Under the pieces are notes generated by a model. It did not search any database. It saw nothing but the letters and a program-made list of their open reading frames with translations, and had not been told where the DNA came from. DNA of 64,000 nucleotides from Corallococcus coralloides DSM 2259 (GTDB taxonomy: Bacteria; Myxococcota; Myxococcia; Myxococcales; Myxococcaceae), in assembly GCF_000255295.1 (NCBI RefSeq), contig NC_017030.1, positions 6,038,328 through 6,102,327 of the forward strand, in the 5' to 3' direction. Below are positions 55,690 through 64,000 of this stretch, one piece after another. The position numbers were made by a program, and so were the translations under genes. The stretch's first letter is position 1. Each line of letters opens with the position of its first letter.

Positions 55690-58600
55690 TCAGCGGTGGG
55701 TGGCCGCGGCGCTGGCGGTCGCGCGGGGCGTGCTTCGCGCGGCGGGCGGGGTCACGAGGCCCGCCAGGAACCCGTGGAGCTCGCGGGCCTGGGTCACGTA
55801 GTCGCGCACGGCGGCGCGGTGCGGGTTCTGGTACCGCGCCAGACGCTCCGGGTGGGCCATCAGGTCGCGCAGCACGCGGCGGTAGCCGTCTGCGTCGCCA
55901 ATGGCCAGGACGTTGCCGTTGACGCCATCCACGATGTCCTCGCTGACGCCGCCCGACGCCGTGGTGACCACCCACACGTTCCGGGCCAGGGCCTCGCGCA
56001 CCGCCAGCCCGAAGCTCTCCTTCCACTGCGAGGGCATCAGCAGCACGTCCACGCCGTCGAAGAAGGCGTCCAGGCCGTCCTGATCATACGGAGGCACCAC
56101 CTCCACCTGCCCCTTCACCTTCCATTCCTTCGCGTCGATGGCGGCCGGCCCCAGGCGCAGCTGGATGTCGGTCATCTTCAGGACCCAGTTGGAGTCCGGC
56201 ACCGACTCCAGGATGTCCTTGAGCCAGAAGTACCCCTTGTGCACCGCGCGGCCGCCCAGGTAGGCGAAGCGCACCGGGGCGTTCGCGGGGCGCGCGGCGC
56301 GCTCCCGGCCGGGCAGCAGCACGCCGTTCTTGTTCACGACGATGCGCTCCGGCGCGATGCCGTTGGCGATGTAGAGCTGGCGCTGGAACTCGCTGGGCGT
56401 CATCAGCAGGGCCGCGCCGTCCAGCACCTTGCGAAGGGCGAACGTGCGCTTGAAGGTGTAGCGCGAGTCCGGCATGCACTTGGAGCACACGCGCAGGTCG
56501 ATGGCCTTCTGGTCGCAGTACGAGTTGTCCTCGCGGACCATGAACTGCCGCTCGCACAGCCACCACGCGTCATGGAGGGTGATGGTGTACGGGATGCCCT
56601 CCGCGGCGCACGCCGTGGCGATCGTGGAGCTCAAGAGCTGGATGGAGTGGAAGTGCACCACGTCCGGGCGCACCGACTTGAGCACCTGGGTGAAGGTCTC
56701 CCCCATGCGCGGGTTCTGGTACTCCTGGGCGCGGTCGGTGAGGGACGGCACCTTGGTGGCGATGACCGGCAGGCCCATTGCCTCGTAGCGAACCACCGAG
56801 TAGTCCGGCAGCGTCGAGCCCACGATGCCGGTGAACACGGTGACGTCGCAGCCCTCCGCCTTCAGCCGGTCCGACACCTGCTCCGCGACGATGGTGGCCC
56901 CGCCGAAGCTCAAGGGCGCGAAGAGCACGTTGACCGCCAGCACCTTGAGGCGCGGCGGCGGCGCGGGCGGCAGGTGCTGGAGGATGGGCTGGAGCCGCTC
57001 CGTGGCCACCACCGCGGGGTGGTAGCGCGCCATCACGCTGCGGTGGGCCTCCTCGCCCATGCGCTTGCGCAGCGACGCATCCTCCACCAGCGCGGACAGC
57101 GCGGACTCCCACTCCTCACGGGTGGTGGCGAGGAAGCCGTTGCGGCCGTGTTCGAGGATCTCCCGGAACGGCCCGGTGCTGGAGCACACCGTGGGCACGC
57201 GGAAGACGGACGCCTCGATGAACTTGATGTTGCTCTTGGCTTCGTTGAAGACCGTCGGCTCCAGCGGCGCGATGGAGATCTGCCAGGACGCGAGCGCGCG
57301 CAGGTAGTCCTCCGCGTCCAGGAAGGGGATGCGGAAGATGCGGTCGGAGAAGCGCTTGAAGCCCTCCGGCAGCTCCAGGTAGCCGTGGATGGCCAGGCGC
57401 ACGTTGGGATGGCGCTCCATCACCGCGAGGATGGCGTCGGCGGCGATGGTGAAGTCGGCGTCGTGCGTGCGCGTTCCACTGCCGTAGCCGATGGTGACCC
57501 AGTCCGGATCCACCGCGGGCGGGCGCGCCTCCATCTCCTTCGCCACCTCCAGGATGACGTCGTCCAGGCAGTTCTCGACGATGTAGACCTTGCCGGAGTT
57601 GGCCTTGGCCATCTCCCTCGCGAGGGTGGGCGTGCTGGCGATGGCGTTCTCACTCAGGCTGAGCGCCCTGCGGTATTGCCGCACGCCGTTGATCAGCAGC
57701 TCGCGCTCGGCGGCGGGCAGCCGCAGCACGTTGGAGTTCTGCTCGTACTGCTCCACGTCGAAGATGAGGTCGTCGACGTCGAAGAAGTGCGGCAGGCCCA
57801 GGCGCCGGGTCTCCGCCAGCAGCTCCTCCACGGCGGGATAGGCGGGCACGCGGTAGTAGATGACCAGGCCGTGGAACTGGAGCGCGGCCTTGCACTCCGC
57901 GTGGTCGTGCCAGTTCACGACGGTGACGTCGTACCCGAGCCGGTGGAACATGGCGACCTTCTGATCCACGCGGTAGCGCTTGCACTGGGGCAGCGACAGC
58001 TCCGCGATGATCAGGATGCGCTGGCCCATGCTGGCCTGGGAGACCTGCGTCAGCGGCACGGTCCACGGAGACGGGGGCGCGGGCGGCGCGCTCGGGGCCG
58101 GGGCGATGACCGGCGCGGCGGGGGCGACGGGGGTGGCCGGCGTGAGGGCGGCCTTGGCGGCGCGCAGCGCCTGGAGCGCGCCCTGCTTCGCGGGCAGCCG
58201 GATCAGCTTCGCGCCCACCTTGTGCAGCGTGCCCTTGCTCTTCTGGTAGTAGTGGCCGCGCTTCGTGCCGGGGGGCAGCACGCGCTCGCGCATGGCCCAG
58301 TAGCGGTTGATGGCCTTCCAGGCGAGGCTGCCGTTGATGTGCGCCAGCTCCGAGCCCTGGCGCGACACGTGCGCATCCAGCTCGTGGATGCGGGCGTTCT
58401 TGCGGCCCAGCTCGTCCTGGAGCATCCGCTGGGCCAGGCCCAGCCGCGCGAGCCGGCCTTCGGTCTCGCGCAGGGTGCTCGCGGTGTCGCGTGCCGCTTC
58501 ACGGGCGGCGTCCAGCTCCGCCTGGAGCTGCTGCGCCTGGCGCGCGTGGTCCGCGGCCTGCTGCTCCTTCTGTCCGTAGGCGTCTCGCAGGTGCTGCTGC

Positions 58601-59307
58601 TGCAGCAGGAGCGTCAGGCGCCCGCCCAGCGTGGCGAAGGCCTGCCGCAGGTGTTCGCGCTCCGCGTCGCGGGTGCTCGTCAGGGCCACCATCCCTTCCG
58701 GCTGCTCCGGGCCCACGGCGAGCACGCCCAGACCGAAGCCGTGCTCGAACTCGAAGGAGGGATGCTGGCCCCGGATCTCCTCCCACAGCCGCCAGACGCC
58801 GAAGTTGCGCTCGCGCACCTGGGTGTCGTGGAAGAGGACGACGCCGCGCGCGCTCAGCTTGGGACGCCAGCGCTCGAAGTCCGCCTTGACCTGCGCGTAT
58901 TCGTGGCAGCCATCGATGTGGAGCAGGTCGACGGAGCCGTCCGCGAACTGGCTCAGGGCCTCGTCGAAGGTCATCGCGTGCAGCTGGGAGAACCGGCTGT
59001 AGCGCGGGTCATGGTGCGCGCGCAGGTCCGCGAGCACCTCCGGCCCGTAGAAGCCCGCCTGCGAGTCGCCCTTCCAGGTGTCCACCGCGTGGCAGCGCGT
59101 CTCCAGCTTCAGCGCGTCCACCGCCTGGCAGAACGCGGAGTAGGACACTCCGGTGTGCGTGCCCAGTTCCACCAGCGTCGCGGGACGCAGCAGGTCCACC
59201 AGGAACATCGCGAACGGGACGTGCTCCACCCAGGCGGAGGAGGCCAGCAGCCGCAGGGGCTGCGTGAGGCAGAGGGGGTGTTCCAGGGGATTGAGCTGTG
59301 AATGCAT
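55690..59307 (-). CDS. Multidomain protein (1205 aa): N-terminal class I SAM-dependent methyltransferase (TylF/MycF-like), coiled-coil spacer, two glycosyltransferase (GT-B, GT4-like) domains
   Basis: ATG at 59305-59307 ([10 protein letters not shown]). Methyltransferase motifs are [12 protein letters not shown] and [11 protein letters not shown] coiled coil ([16 protein letters not shown]) is followed by two GT-B halves. Confidence 0.8.
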   Translation of the reverse strand: MHSQLNPLEHPLCLTQPLRLLASSAWVEHVPFAMFLVDLLRPATLVELGTHTGVSYSAFCQAVDALKLETRCHAVDTWKGDSQAGFYGPEVLADLRAHHDPRYSRFSQLHAMTFDEALSQFADGSVDLLHIDGCHEYAQVKADFERWRPKLSARGVVLFHDTQVRERNFGVWRLWEEIRGQHPSFEFEHGFGLGVLAVGPEQPEGMVALTSTRDAEREHLRQAFATLGGRLTLLLQQQHLRDAYGQKEQQAADHARQAQQLQAELDAAREAARDTASTLRETEGRLARLGLAQRMLQDELGRKNARIHELDAHVSRQGSELAHINGSLAWKAINRYWAMRERVLPPGTKRGHYYQKSKGTLHKVGAKLIRLPAKQGALQALRAAKAALTPATPVAPAAPVIAPAPSAPPAPPSPWTVPLTQVSQASMGQRILIIAELSLPQCKRYRVDQKVAMFHRLGYDVTVVNWHDHAECKAALQFHGLVIYYRVPAYPAVEELLAETRRLGLPHFFDVDDLIFDVEQYEQNSNVLRLPAAERELLINGVRQYRRALSLSENAIASTPTLAREMAKANSGKVYIVENCLDDVILEVAKEMEARPPAVDPDWVTIGYGSGTRTHDADFTIAADAILAVMERHPNVRLAIHGYLELPEGFKRFSDRIFRIPFLDAEDYLRALASWQISIAPLEPTVFNEAKSNIKFIEASVFRVPTVCSSTGPFREILEHGRNGFLATTREEWESALSALVEDASLRKRMGEEAHRSVMARYHPAVVATERLQPILQHLPPAPPPRLKVLAVNVLFAPLSFGGATIVAEQVSDRLKAEGCDVTVFTGIVGSTLPDYSVVRYEAMGLPVIATKVPSLTDRAQEYQNPRMGETFTQVLKSVRPDVVHFHSIQLLSSTIATACAAEGIPYTITLHDAWWLCERQFMVREDNSYCDQKAIDLRVCSKCMPDSRYTFKRTFALRKVLDGAALLMTPSEFQRQLYIANGIAPERIVVNKNGVLLPGRERAARPANAPVRFAYLGGRAVHKGYFWLKDILESVPDSNWVLKMTDIQLRLGPAAIDAKEWKVKGQVEVVPPYDQDGLDAFFDGVDVLLMPSQWKESFGLAVREALARNVWVVTTASGGVSEDIVDGVNGNVLAIGDADGYRRVLRDLMAHPERLARYQNPHRAAVRDYVTQARELHGFLAGLVTPPAARSTPRATASAAATHR

Positions 59308-59456
59308 GTTCGTGACGTCCGGAAGGCAGACCCTCGCGGCAGGCAAGGCACGCCCCCCTCCTTGGCGGATGTCCTCCATGTCATCCCCTTCCGGGGAGCG
59401 TCAAGGCTGGCAGGCCGCCCGCTCCTCGTGGGAGGAGGCGCGTCCGCTGTTCTTTT

Positions 59457-61733
59457 CTACGGTGTCTGGACGAAGTCGAGGCGCGGATGGCTGGAGGGGT
59501 CGGTCCGTCCCGCGCGGACCCACGCTTCACGCAGCCGCTTGGCGTCGTGGGTCGCCGCGAGTGCTCCCTCCCGCGAACGGGTGCGCACGAGTCGCGCGTG
59601 GGGGGCGTAGAGGACGCGCAGCCCGGCGTCGCCCGCGCGCAGGCACAGGTCCACGCCCCGCGCCTCGTCGGAGGTGAAGGCCGCGTCCCAACCTCCGAGC
59701 GACTCCAGGACCTCGCGGCGGACCATCGCGCAGGCGCTGGAGACGGCGCGTACGTCGCGCGGCCAATGCGAGCCGCCGAATGCGCCGAGCGTGGGATCGA
59801 ACAGCCCCGCGAAGGGGCGCAGCACCCGGCCCTCGGCGTCGAAGCGCAGCCCGGCCTCCAGCACCTGCCCCGCGGGAGAGACGATGCGCGCGCCCACCAC
59901 GCCGACGCCGGGGCGCGAGGCCTGCGACGCGAGCTCCCTCAGCCACCCCGGCCCGGTCGGGAGCGTGCCTGCTTCCAGGACGAGGATGAGGTCGCCCCGG
60001 GCCTCGCGCAGCAACTGGTTCGCCACGGCGCCCGGGGTCGCGGTCGCGTCCACCTGGACGTGGATGGCGTTGCCGGTGGAAGAAGCGGCTGGGGACGAAA
60101 CAGGGACGCGGACCTCCACGTCCAGGTCGTCCGTGAAGGCGAGGAGCGCCGCGAGCTCGGCTTCGGTGGGCGCTTCCGACAGCAGCACGGACACCCGCGG
60201 ACGGCCCACGAGCGGGTGGCGGATCCGGTACAGCCCTGGCGCGACGGTCTCCGCCGAGCCGCCCTCCCCCATCCGCGACAGGTGCTCCGCCACGGCCCTG
60301 CGGCCTGCTTCGGAGGCCGCGGGCTTCGCGCTCGCGTCCGTGGCCGTGGAGCCGGGCAGCGTCCGCCAGTGGTAGAGCACGCGGGGGATGTGCTCGAAGC
60401 GCCGCGTGCGCTCCATCAGGCGCAGGAGCAGGTCGTGGTCCTGTGCGCCCTCGAAGCCCGGGCGGATGCCTCCCACCTCGCGCAGCAGCGATGCACGCAC
60501 CACGAGGAAGTGGCAGACGTAGTTCACCGCGCGGAGCAGCTCCGGGGACAGCGCGGGCTTCAGGTAGAGCGCGAAGCGCAGCCCCCGAGCGTCCACCTTG
60601 TCCTCGTCCGAGTAGACGACGTCCGCGTCCGGCGCTTCACCCAGCCGCAGCGCGACCTCGGCCAACGCGTGCGGCGCCAGCAGGTCATCGTGGTCGAGGA
60701 AGCCTACGTACTCCCCGGTGGCCAGGGCCAGTGCGGCGTTGGTGGCGCGGGCGATGCCCTGGTTCGACTCCAGCCGCTCGAAGCGGATCCGCGCGTCGCC
60801 GGCCGCGGCCTCTCGCAGCGCGTCCGCCACCGCCGCCGAGCGCGACCCATCGTCCACGATGCACAGTTCCCAGTGCGGGTACACCTGCGCGCGCACGGAC
60901 GCGATGCATGCGCGGAGGACATCCACCGGTGTCTCCCAGGCGGGCGTAACCAGGCTGATCCGAGGCTGGCGCTCAAGCCGGGCAAGCGCTGCGGTCGCGT
61001 CGCGGACCTCGCGGGTTTCCAGCGCCAGGGCTTCGCGCGTGTACGTCTCCGCCGAGGGGAAGAGCACGGCGGGACGGGCCGCGCCCAGGAGGTGCCGCAA
61101 CAGGCGGACGGTCGCGTGATTGAAGGCGACCTGCCGCCGCCACAGCTCGCGCCACAGGGGCAGGCCCATCGCGCCGGCCTCTTGCGACAGCACGTCGCAG
61201 CGGGCTTCGAGCGCGTCCAGTGCCTCGGCGGCGCCCTCGGTCCGAAGGGGCCATCCGGCGCCGGAGAGCAGGGCCACGACCGCGAGATTCCAGGCCCGCT
61301 GCGCCTCCAGCCCTGGCACGGAGGGAAGCCACCGGCCCACTGCGCCCACGGGCCGCGGATCCGCGAGTCGTGAGAGTTCCTTGCGGGCCAACTCCGGCAG
61401 CGTCCGTTCCGGCTGCCGGATCAATGCCCTCAGCCGCAGGTTGAAGCGCAGCTGGCGCTCCAGCACCCACCGCTGCAAGGGCGAAAGCCCCCGGGTTCCC
61501 CACCGTTTGGCGGCGGTGATGATCGGGCCCCAGCGCGCACGGTGCGACTGCGGTACGTCGAAGCCCAGCACCTCGACGAAGGCATCGTGGGGCGGATGCG
61601 CCCGGCCGTCGTGATGTCCTGACGCAGCCTGCGCGGCGGAGGATGGATTCCGGTCAGCCGTGGCCAACGTCACGGCCTCGACGCCTGGCGTCTCTCGCGG
61701 ACCACGAGGGCCGTCACTGTCGGCGGCACTCAT
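59457..61733 (-). CDS. Tandem glycosyltransferase family 2 protein
   Basis: GT2 motifs are ISLVTPAWETPVDVLRACIASVRAQVYPHWELCIVDDGS and FLDHDDLLAPHAL. A second GT-A domain lies C-terminal. The start is uncertain: the ATG near 61733 (MSAADSD) or the one at 61820. Confidence 0.75.
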   Translation of the reverse strand: MSAADSDGPRGPRETPGVEAVTLATADRNPSSAAQAASGHHDGRAHPPHDAFVEVLGFDVPQSHRARWGPIITAAKRWGTRGLSPLQRWVLERQLRFNLRLRALIRQPERTLPELARKELSRLADPRPVGAVGRWLPSVPGLEAQRAWNLAVVALLSGAGWPLRTEGAAEALDALEARCDVLSQEAGAMGLPLWRELWRRQVAFNHATVRLLRHLLGAARPAVLFPSAETYTREALALETREVRDATAALARLERQPRISLVTPAWETPVDVLRACIASVRAQVYPHWELCIVDDGSRSAAVADALREAAAGDARIRFERLESNQGIARATNAALALATGEYVGFLDHDDLLAPHALAEVALRLGEAPDADVVYSDEDKVDARGLRFALYLKPALSPELLRAVNYVCHFLVVRASLLREVGGIRPGFEGAQDHDLLLRLMERTRRFEHIPRVLYHWRTLPGSTATDASAKPAASEAGRRAVAEHLSRMGEGGSAETVAPGLYRIRHPLVGRPRVSVLLSEAPTEAELAALLAFTDDLDVEVRVPVSSPAASSTGNAIHVQVDATATPGAVANQLLREARGDLILVLEAGTLPTGPGWLRELASQASRPGVGVVGARIVSPAGQVLEAGLRFDAEGRVLRPFAGLFDPTLGAFGGSHWPRDVRAVSSACAMVRREVLESLGGWDAAFTSDEARGVDLCLRAGDAGLRVLYAPHARLVRTRSREGALAATHDAKRLREAWVRAGRTDPSSHPRLDFVQTP

Positions 61734-61737
61734 GGTC

Positions 61738-63159
61738 TCAGCGTCCACTGCCGGATTTGATCCGGTTCGCCAGGGCCTTGAGCGTGCCGTGGACCCAGGG
61801 GATGCCGTGCACGCGGGCATTCAACGCATCCACGACCCGGTGGCGGAACTCACGGGCCTGGAGCGTTTCATTGCGGATCCGCGCCACGGCGTCCACCCAG
61901 GACTCCAGGGGGCGTACCAGCCACGTCCCCGGAGCCACGGCGACGGCCGGCGACTCGCGCGGCCCCCGCACCTCGCACGAGGCGATGCCTGCCACGAACA
62001 CTGGCGGAAACAGCGCCCCCAGCCTCGCGGGCAGCTCCCCGAGTCCCGTTTCCATCGCCACCGGAAAGGGCCCGATGCGCTGACGGTCGATGACCATCGC
62101 GTGGACGAGCTCCGGATGGGCCACCAGGTGCTCCACCTCCAGCCGGTCGCCCAGCGGGAACGGCACCTTCGCGCGCACATAGGGCGGAGTCCCCTCACCG
62201 GACGCCCACTCGGTGCGGAACGCCCGCGCCAACGCCCAGGCCTCGCGGCCCGTCTGGAGCGCGCGCACCAACTCCACGTAGTGACGCGGGTACACCACGC
62301 ACCGCGCATCCACGAACGCCAGGTACTGTCCCCGGGCCTCGCGCACGGCCTCCGCGTACAGGGCTGCCGCTGGCGCCCGCACGGTGCGCGCCTGGAACGA
62401 CCCCAGCCTGCCGTAGCGCTCCAGCGCCGCCTCCGCACCGGACAGGTCCACGCCCTCGGGCGCCGCGAGCAGCAGCTCCAGCGGCTGCTGCTCCTGACAC
62501 GCCAGCGCGAAGAGGGTCTCGTCGAGCGCCGCGTCCCGCGTCCCCGGCTCCACCGTGACGACGACGCTGAGCAGCCCCGCCACCGGCGCGCGCACGGACT
62601 CGTCCGGCACCGCGACGTAGAGCCCCTCCTCCACCTGCGTGGACGGCGACAGCTGGGCCAGCACCGCCCGCAGCGCCTGCGCGGTGTCTTCCGCCAGCGC
62701 CGTGCCTCCGGACGCGCACGGCACCACCTCACGGTGCGCCACGCGGTAGCCCGCCTCGGCCAGCCGCCGCAGCATCCGCTGCTCGGAGAGCCCTGCGCGC
62801 ACCGGCGCCTCCCCCGTCAGCGCGCCCATCAACGCCCGCGCCGAGCCCGCGTTGCGCAGGCCGAACACCAGCTCCGCCCCCGGCGCCTCGCGCCGCAACG
62901 CCTCCAGCCCGTCCTCCAGCACCCGCTCGACCGCGGCGCCCTCCAGCACCACCAGCGTCGGCGCGGGTCCCCTCCCCCGCTTCCACTCCGGTCCCGGCAG
63001 CTCCCGCACGGAACAACCCCGAGCCCGCAGGGCCTCCGCCACCGCTGGCGACGCGCCCACCAGACTCACCACCGCGCCCGCGCGCGCACGCGACAGCACC
63101 AGCGCCATCCACCGCTCGGACGCGGCGGACGGGGGCGCCTCTTCGGACAGAGCGTTCAC
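61738..63159 (-). CDS. Glycosyltransferase-like protein (GT-A-like C-terminal half; N-terminal Rossmann-like domain)
   Basis: Composition is coherent, and the 4-nt overlaps with both neighbours indicate an operon. The assignment to a GT-A fold is weak. Confidence 0.55.
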   Translation of the reverse strand: MNALSEEAPPSAASERWMALVLSRARAGAVVSLVGASPAVAEALRARGCSVRELPGPEWKRGRGPAPTLVVLEGAAVERVLEDGLEALRREAPGAELVFGLRNAGSARALMGALTGEAPVRAGLSEQRMLRRLAEAGYRVAHREVVPCASGGTALAEDTAQALRAVLAQLSPSTQVEEGLYVAVPDESVRAPVAGLLSVVVTVEPGTRDAALDETLFALACQEQQPLELLLAAPEGVDLSGAEAALERYGRLGSFQARTVRAPAAALYAEAVREARGQYLAFVDARCVVYPRHYVELVRALQTGREAWALARAFRTEWASGEGTPPYVRAKVPFPLGDRLEVEHLVAHPELVHAMVIDRQRIGPFPVAMETGLGELPARLGALFPPVFVAGIASCEVRGPRESPAVAVAPGTWLVRPLESWVDAVARIRNETLQAREFRHRVVDALNARVHGIPWVHGTLKALANRIKSGSGR

Positions 63160-64000
63160 CAGCGCCTCCGAGCAAACTCCAGGTGGTGCCTGAAGTTCGC
63201 GATGCCCGCGAGCTTCCGCCCGGGCTTGAGGATGTCGGGCGTCTGGAATGGCTCGCCGCCCAGCTGCGCGTACTCCCGCAGGCGGGCATTCATGAAGGCC
63301 GCGTCACCGTACTTCGCCCCGAGCAGGGCCGCGCTGCGGCGGACCATCCGCTCGCGCACCGGGCTCTCCTCCCGGGTGACGGTGTAGTGGTGCACCAGCG
63401 CGGAGGGCGCCACCCGGATGGACAACCCGGACGCCCTCGCTCGCCACGACAGGTCCACGTCCTCGCAGTACATGAAGAAGCGCTCGTCGAAGCCACCCAC
63501 CCGCGCGTGCAGCTTCTTCGTCACCAGCAGCACGCAGCCGCTGCACCAGGGCGTCTCGCCCGTCGACGGATGGTACGGCTTGGGGTGCTCGTCCGGGAAC
63601 AGCCGGGCCTCCACCAGCCCCGTGTCCGCGCGCTGATCCGCCTCCCGCGCCAGCTCCCGCACGCAGTCCGGATGCAAGAGCCCGTCCGGGTTCACGCAGA
63701 CGTAGTAGCGCGCCCCGCCCGAACCGAAGGCCTCCGCCATCATCCGGTTGTGCGCGGCCCCGAAGCCCAGGTTCCTCCCGGCGTGCCGGTAGTCCGCGTC
63801 CGCGTCCAACCGCATCACCCGCGCGCGCAGCGTGTCGTCCGGCGAGTTGTCCAGCCAGACGACCCGGAACGCGGGCGCACCCGGAGCCTCGCGGTTCCAC
63901 CGGAGCGACTCCCACAGTCGCTCCAGCTCCCGCTCCGGGTTCCGGTAAAGCACGATGCCCAGCCAGATGCCCGGCCCCCCCCCGTTCGCCGAAGCAGGGC
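63156..64000 (-). CDS. Glycosyltransferase family 2 (rhamnosyltransferase-like); the 5' end probably extends beyond the window
   Basis: IVLYRNPERELERLWESL...VVWLDNSPDD and CVNPDG..., FFMYCEDVDLSWRA are GT2 motifs. Upstream of the listed start the frame stays open (PGIWLGIVLYRN) with no ATG before the window end. Confidence 0.7.
   Translation of the reverse strand, partial: PASANGGGPGIWLGIVLYRNPERELERLWESLRWNREAPGAPAFRVVWLDNSPDDTLRARVMRLDADADYRHAGRNLGFGAAHNRMMAEAFGSGGARYYVCVNPDGLLHPDCVRELAREADQRADTGLVEARLFPDEHPKPYHPSTGETPWCSGCVLLVTKKLHARVGGFDERFFMYCEDVDLSWRARASGLSIRVAPSALVHHYTVTREESPVRERMVRRSAALLGAKYGDAAFMNARLREYAQLGGEPFQTPDILKPGRKLAGIANFRHHLEFARRRW

Overview
This is a high-GC (~70%) myxobacterial-type chromosomal segment (Myxococcus/Corallococcus-like codon usage) with a DUF2378/TIGR02265 gene, MYXO-CTERM and many lipoproteins. 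Most long ORFs in the six-frame track are antisense GC artefacts. I kept about 50 genes supported by recognisable domains. ORF-track coordinates include the stop codon and I used them as given.

Gene order, left to right:
- Partial map gene, truncated LysR fragment, DUF3516 SF2 helicase.
- Two tandem DUF4142 lipoprotein paralogs with a 469-bp near-perfect direct repeat.
- Ser/Thr kinase, then two secreted proteins of unknown function.
- Pat-type bifunctional acyl-CoA synthetase/GNAT, NmrA-like oxidoreductase divergent from a LysR regulator.
- DUF2378, MnmC-like methyltransferase.
- A translationally coupled three-gene operon ending in a lipoprotein with a PD-(D/E)xK-like C-terminus plus a candidate immunity gene.
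- A 1102-aa Kelch-repeat lipoprotein with HYR/Ig-like domains and a MYXO-CTERM tail.
- OmpA-family protein with tandem TSP3 repeats.
- HAD hydrolase, maltose O-acetyltransferase, transglutaminase-like protein, GIY-YIG nuclease, tgt, ABC-F ATPase.

The most interesting part is a low-GC (~50-57%) island at about 30.8-38.6 kb. It sits immediately after an intact IS630-family element (TA target duplication) and contains a truncated, inverted, diverged second IS630 copy. Its cargo is a 1757-aa STAND-type P-loop NTPase with an N-terminal purine-nucleoside-phosphorylase/MTA-nucleosidase-like domain (PNP_UDP_1 fold), i.e. an Avs/NLR-like candidate antiphage protein with an ATP-nucleosidase-type effector. 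It also carries an uncharacterised low-GC two-gene module and a decayed 5' fragment of the serine-hydrolase gene that lies intact 3 kb downstream.

Downstream of the island are a predicted pseudokinase, a beta-lactamase-fold serine hydrolase, a GST/HxlR divergent pair, a cytochrome P460-like lipoprotein and a YihY/BrkB membrane protein.

The last 17 kb is a cell-surface glycan cluster: rmlB-rmlD-rmlA-rmlC operon, a GT4 glycosyltransferase, a GT2/DUF2304/DUF2142 triad, a 1205-aa methyltransferase/coiled-coil/tandem-glycosyltransferase fusion and further GT2 genes running off the window end.

No rRNA, tRNA or CRISPR array was found.
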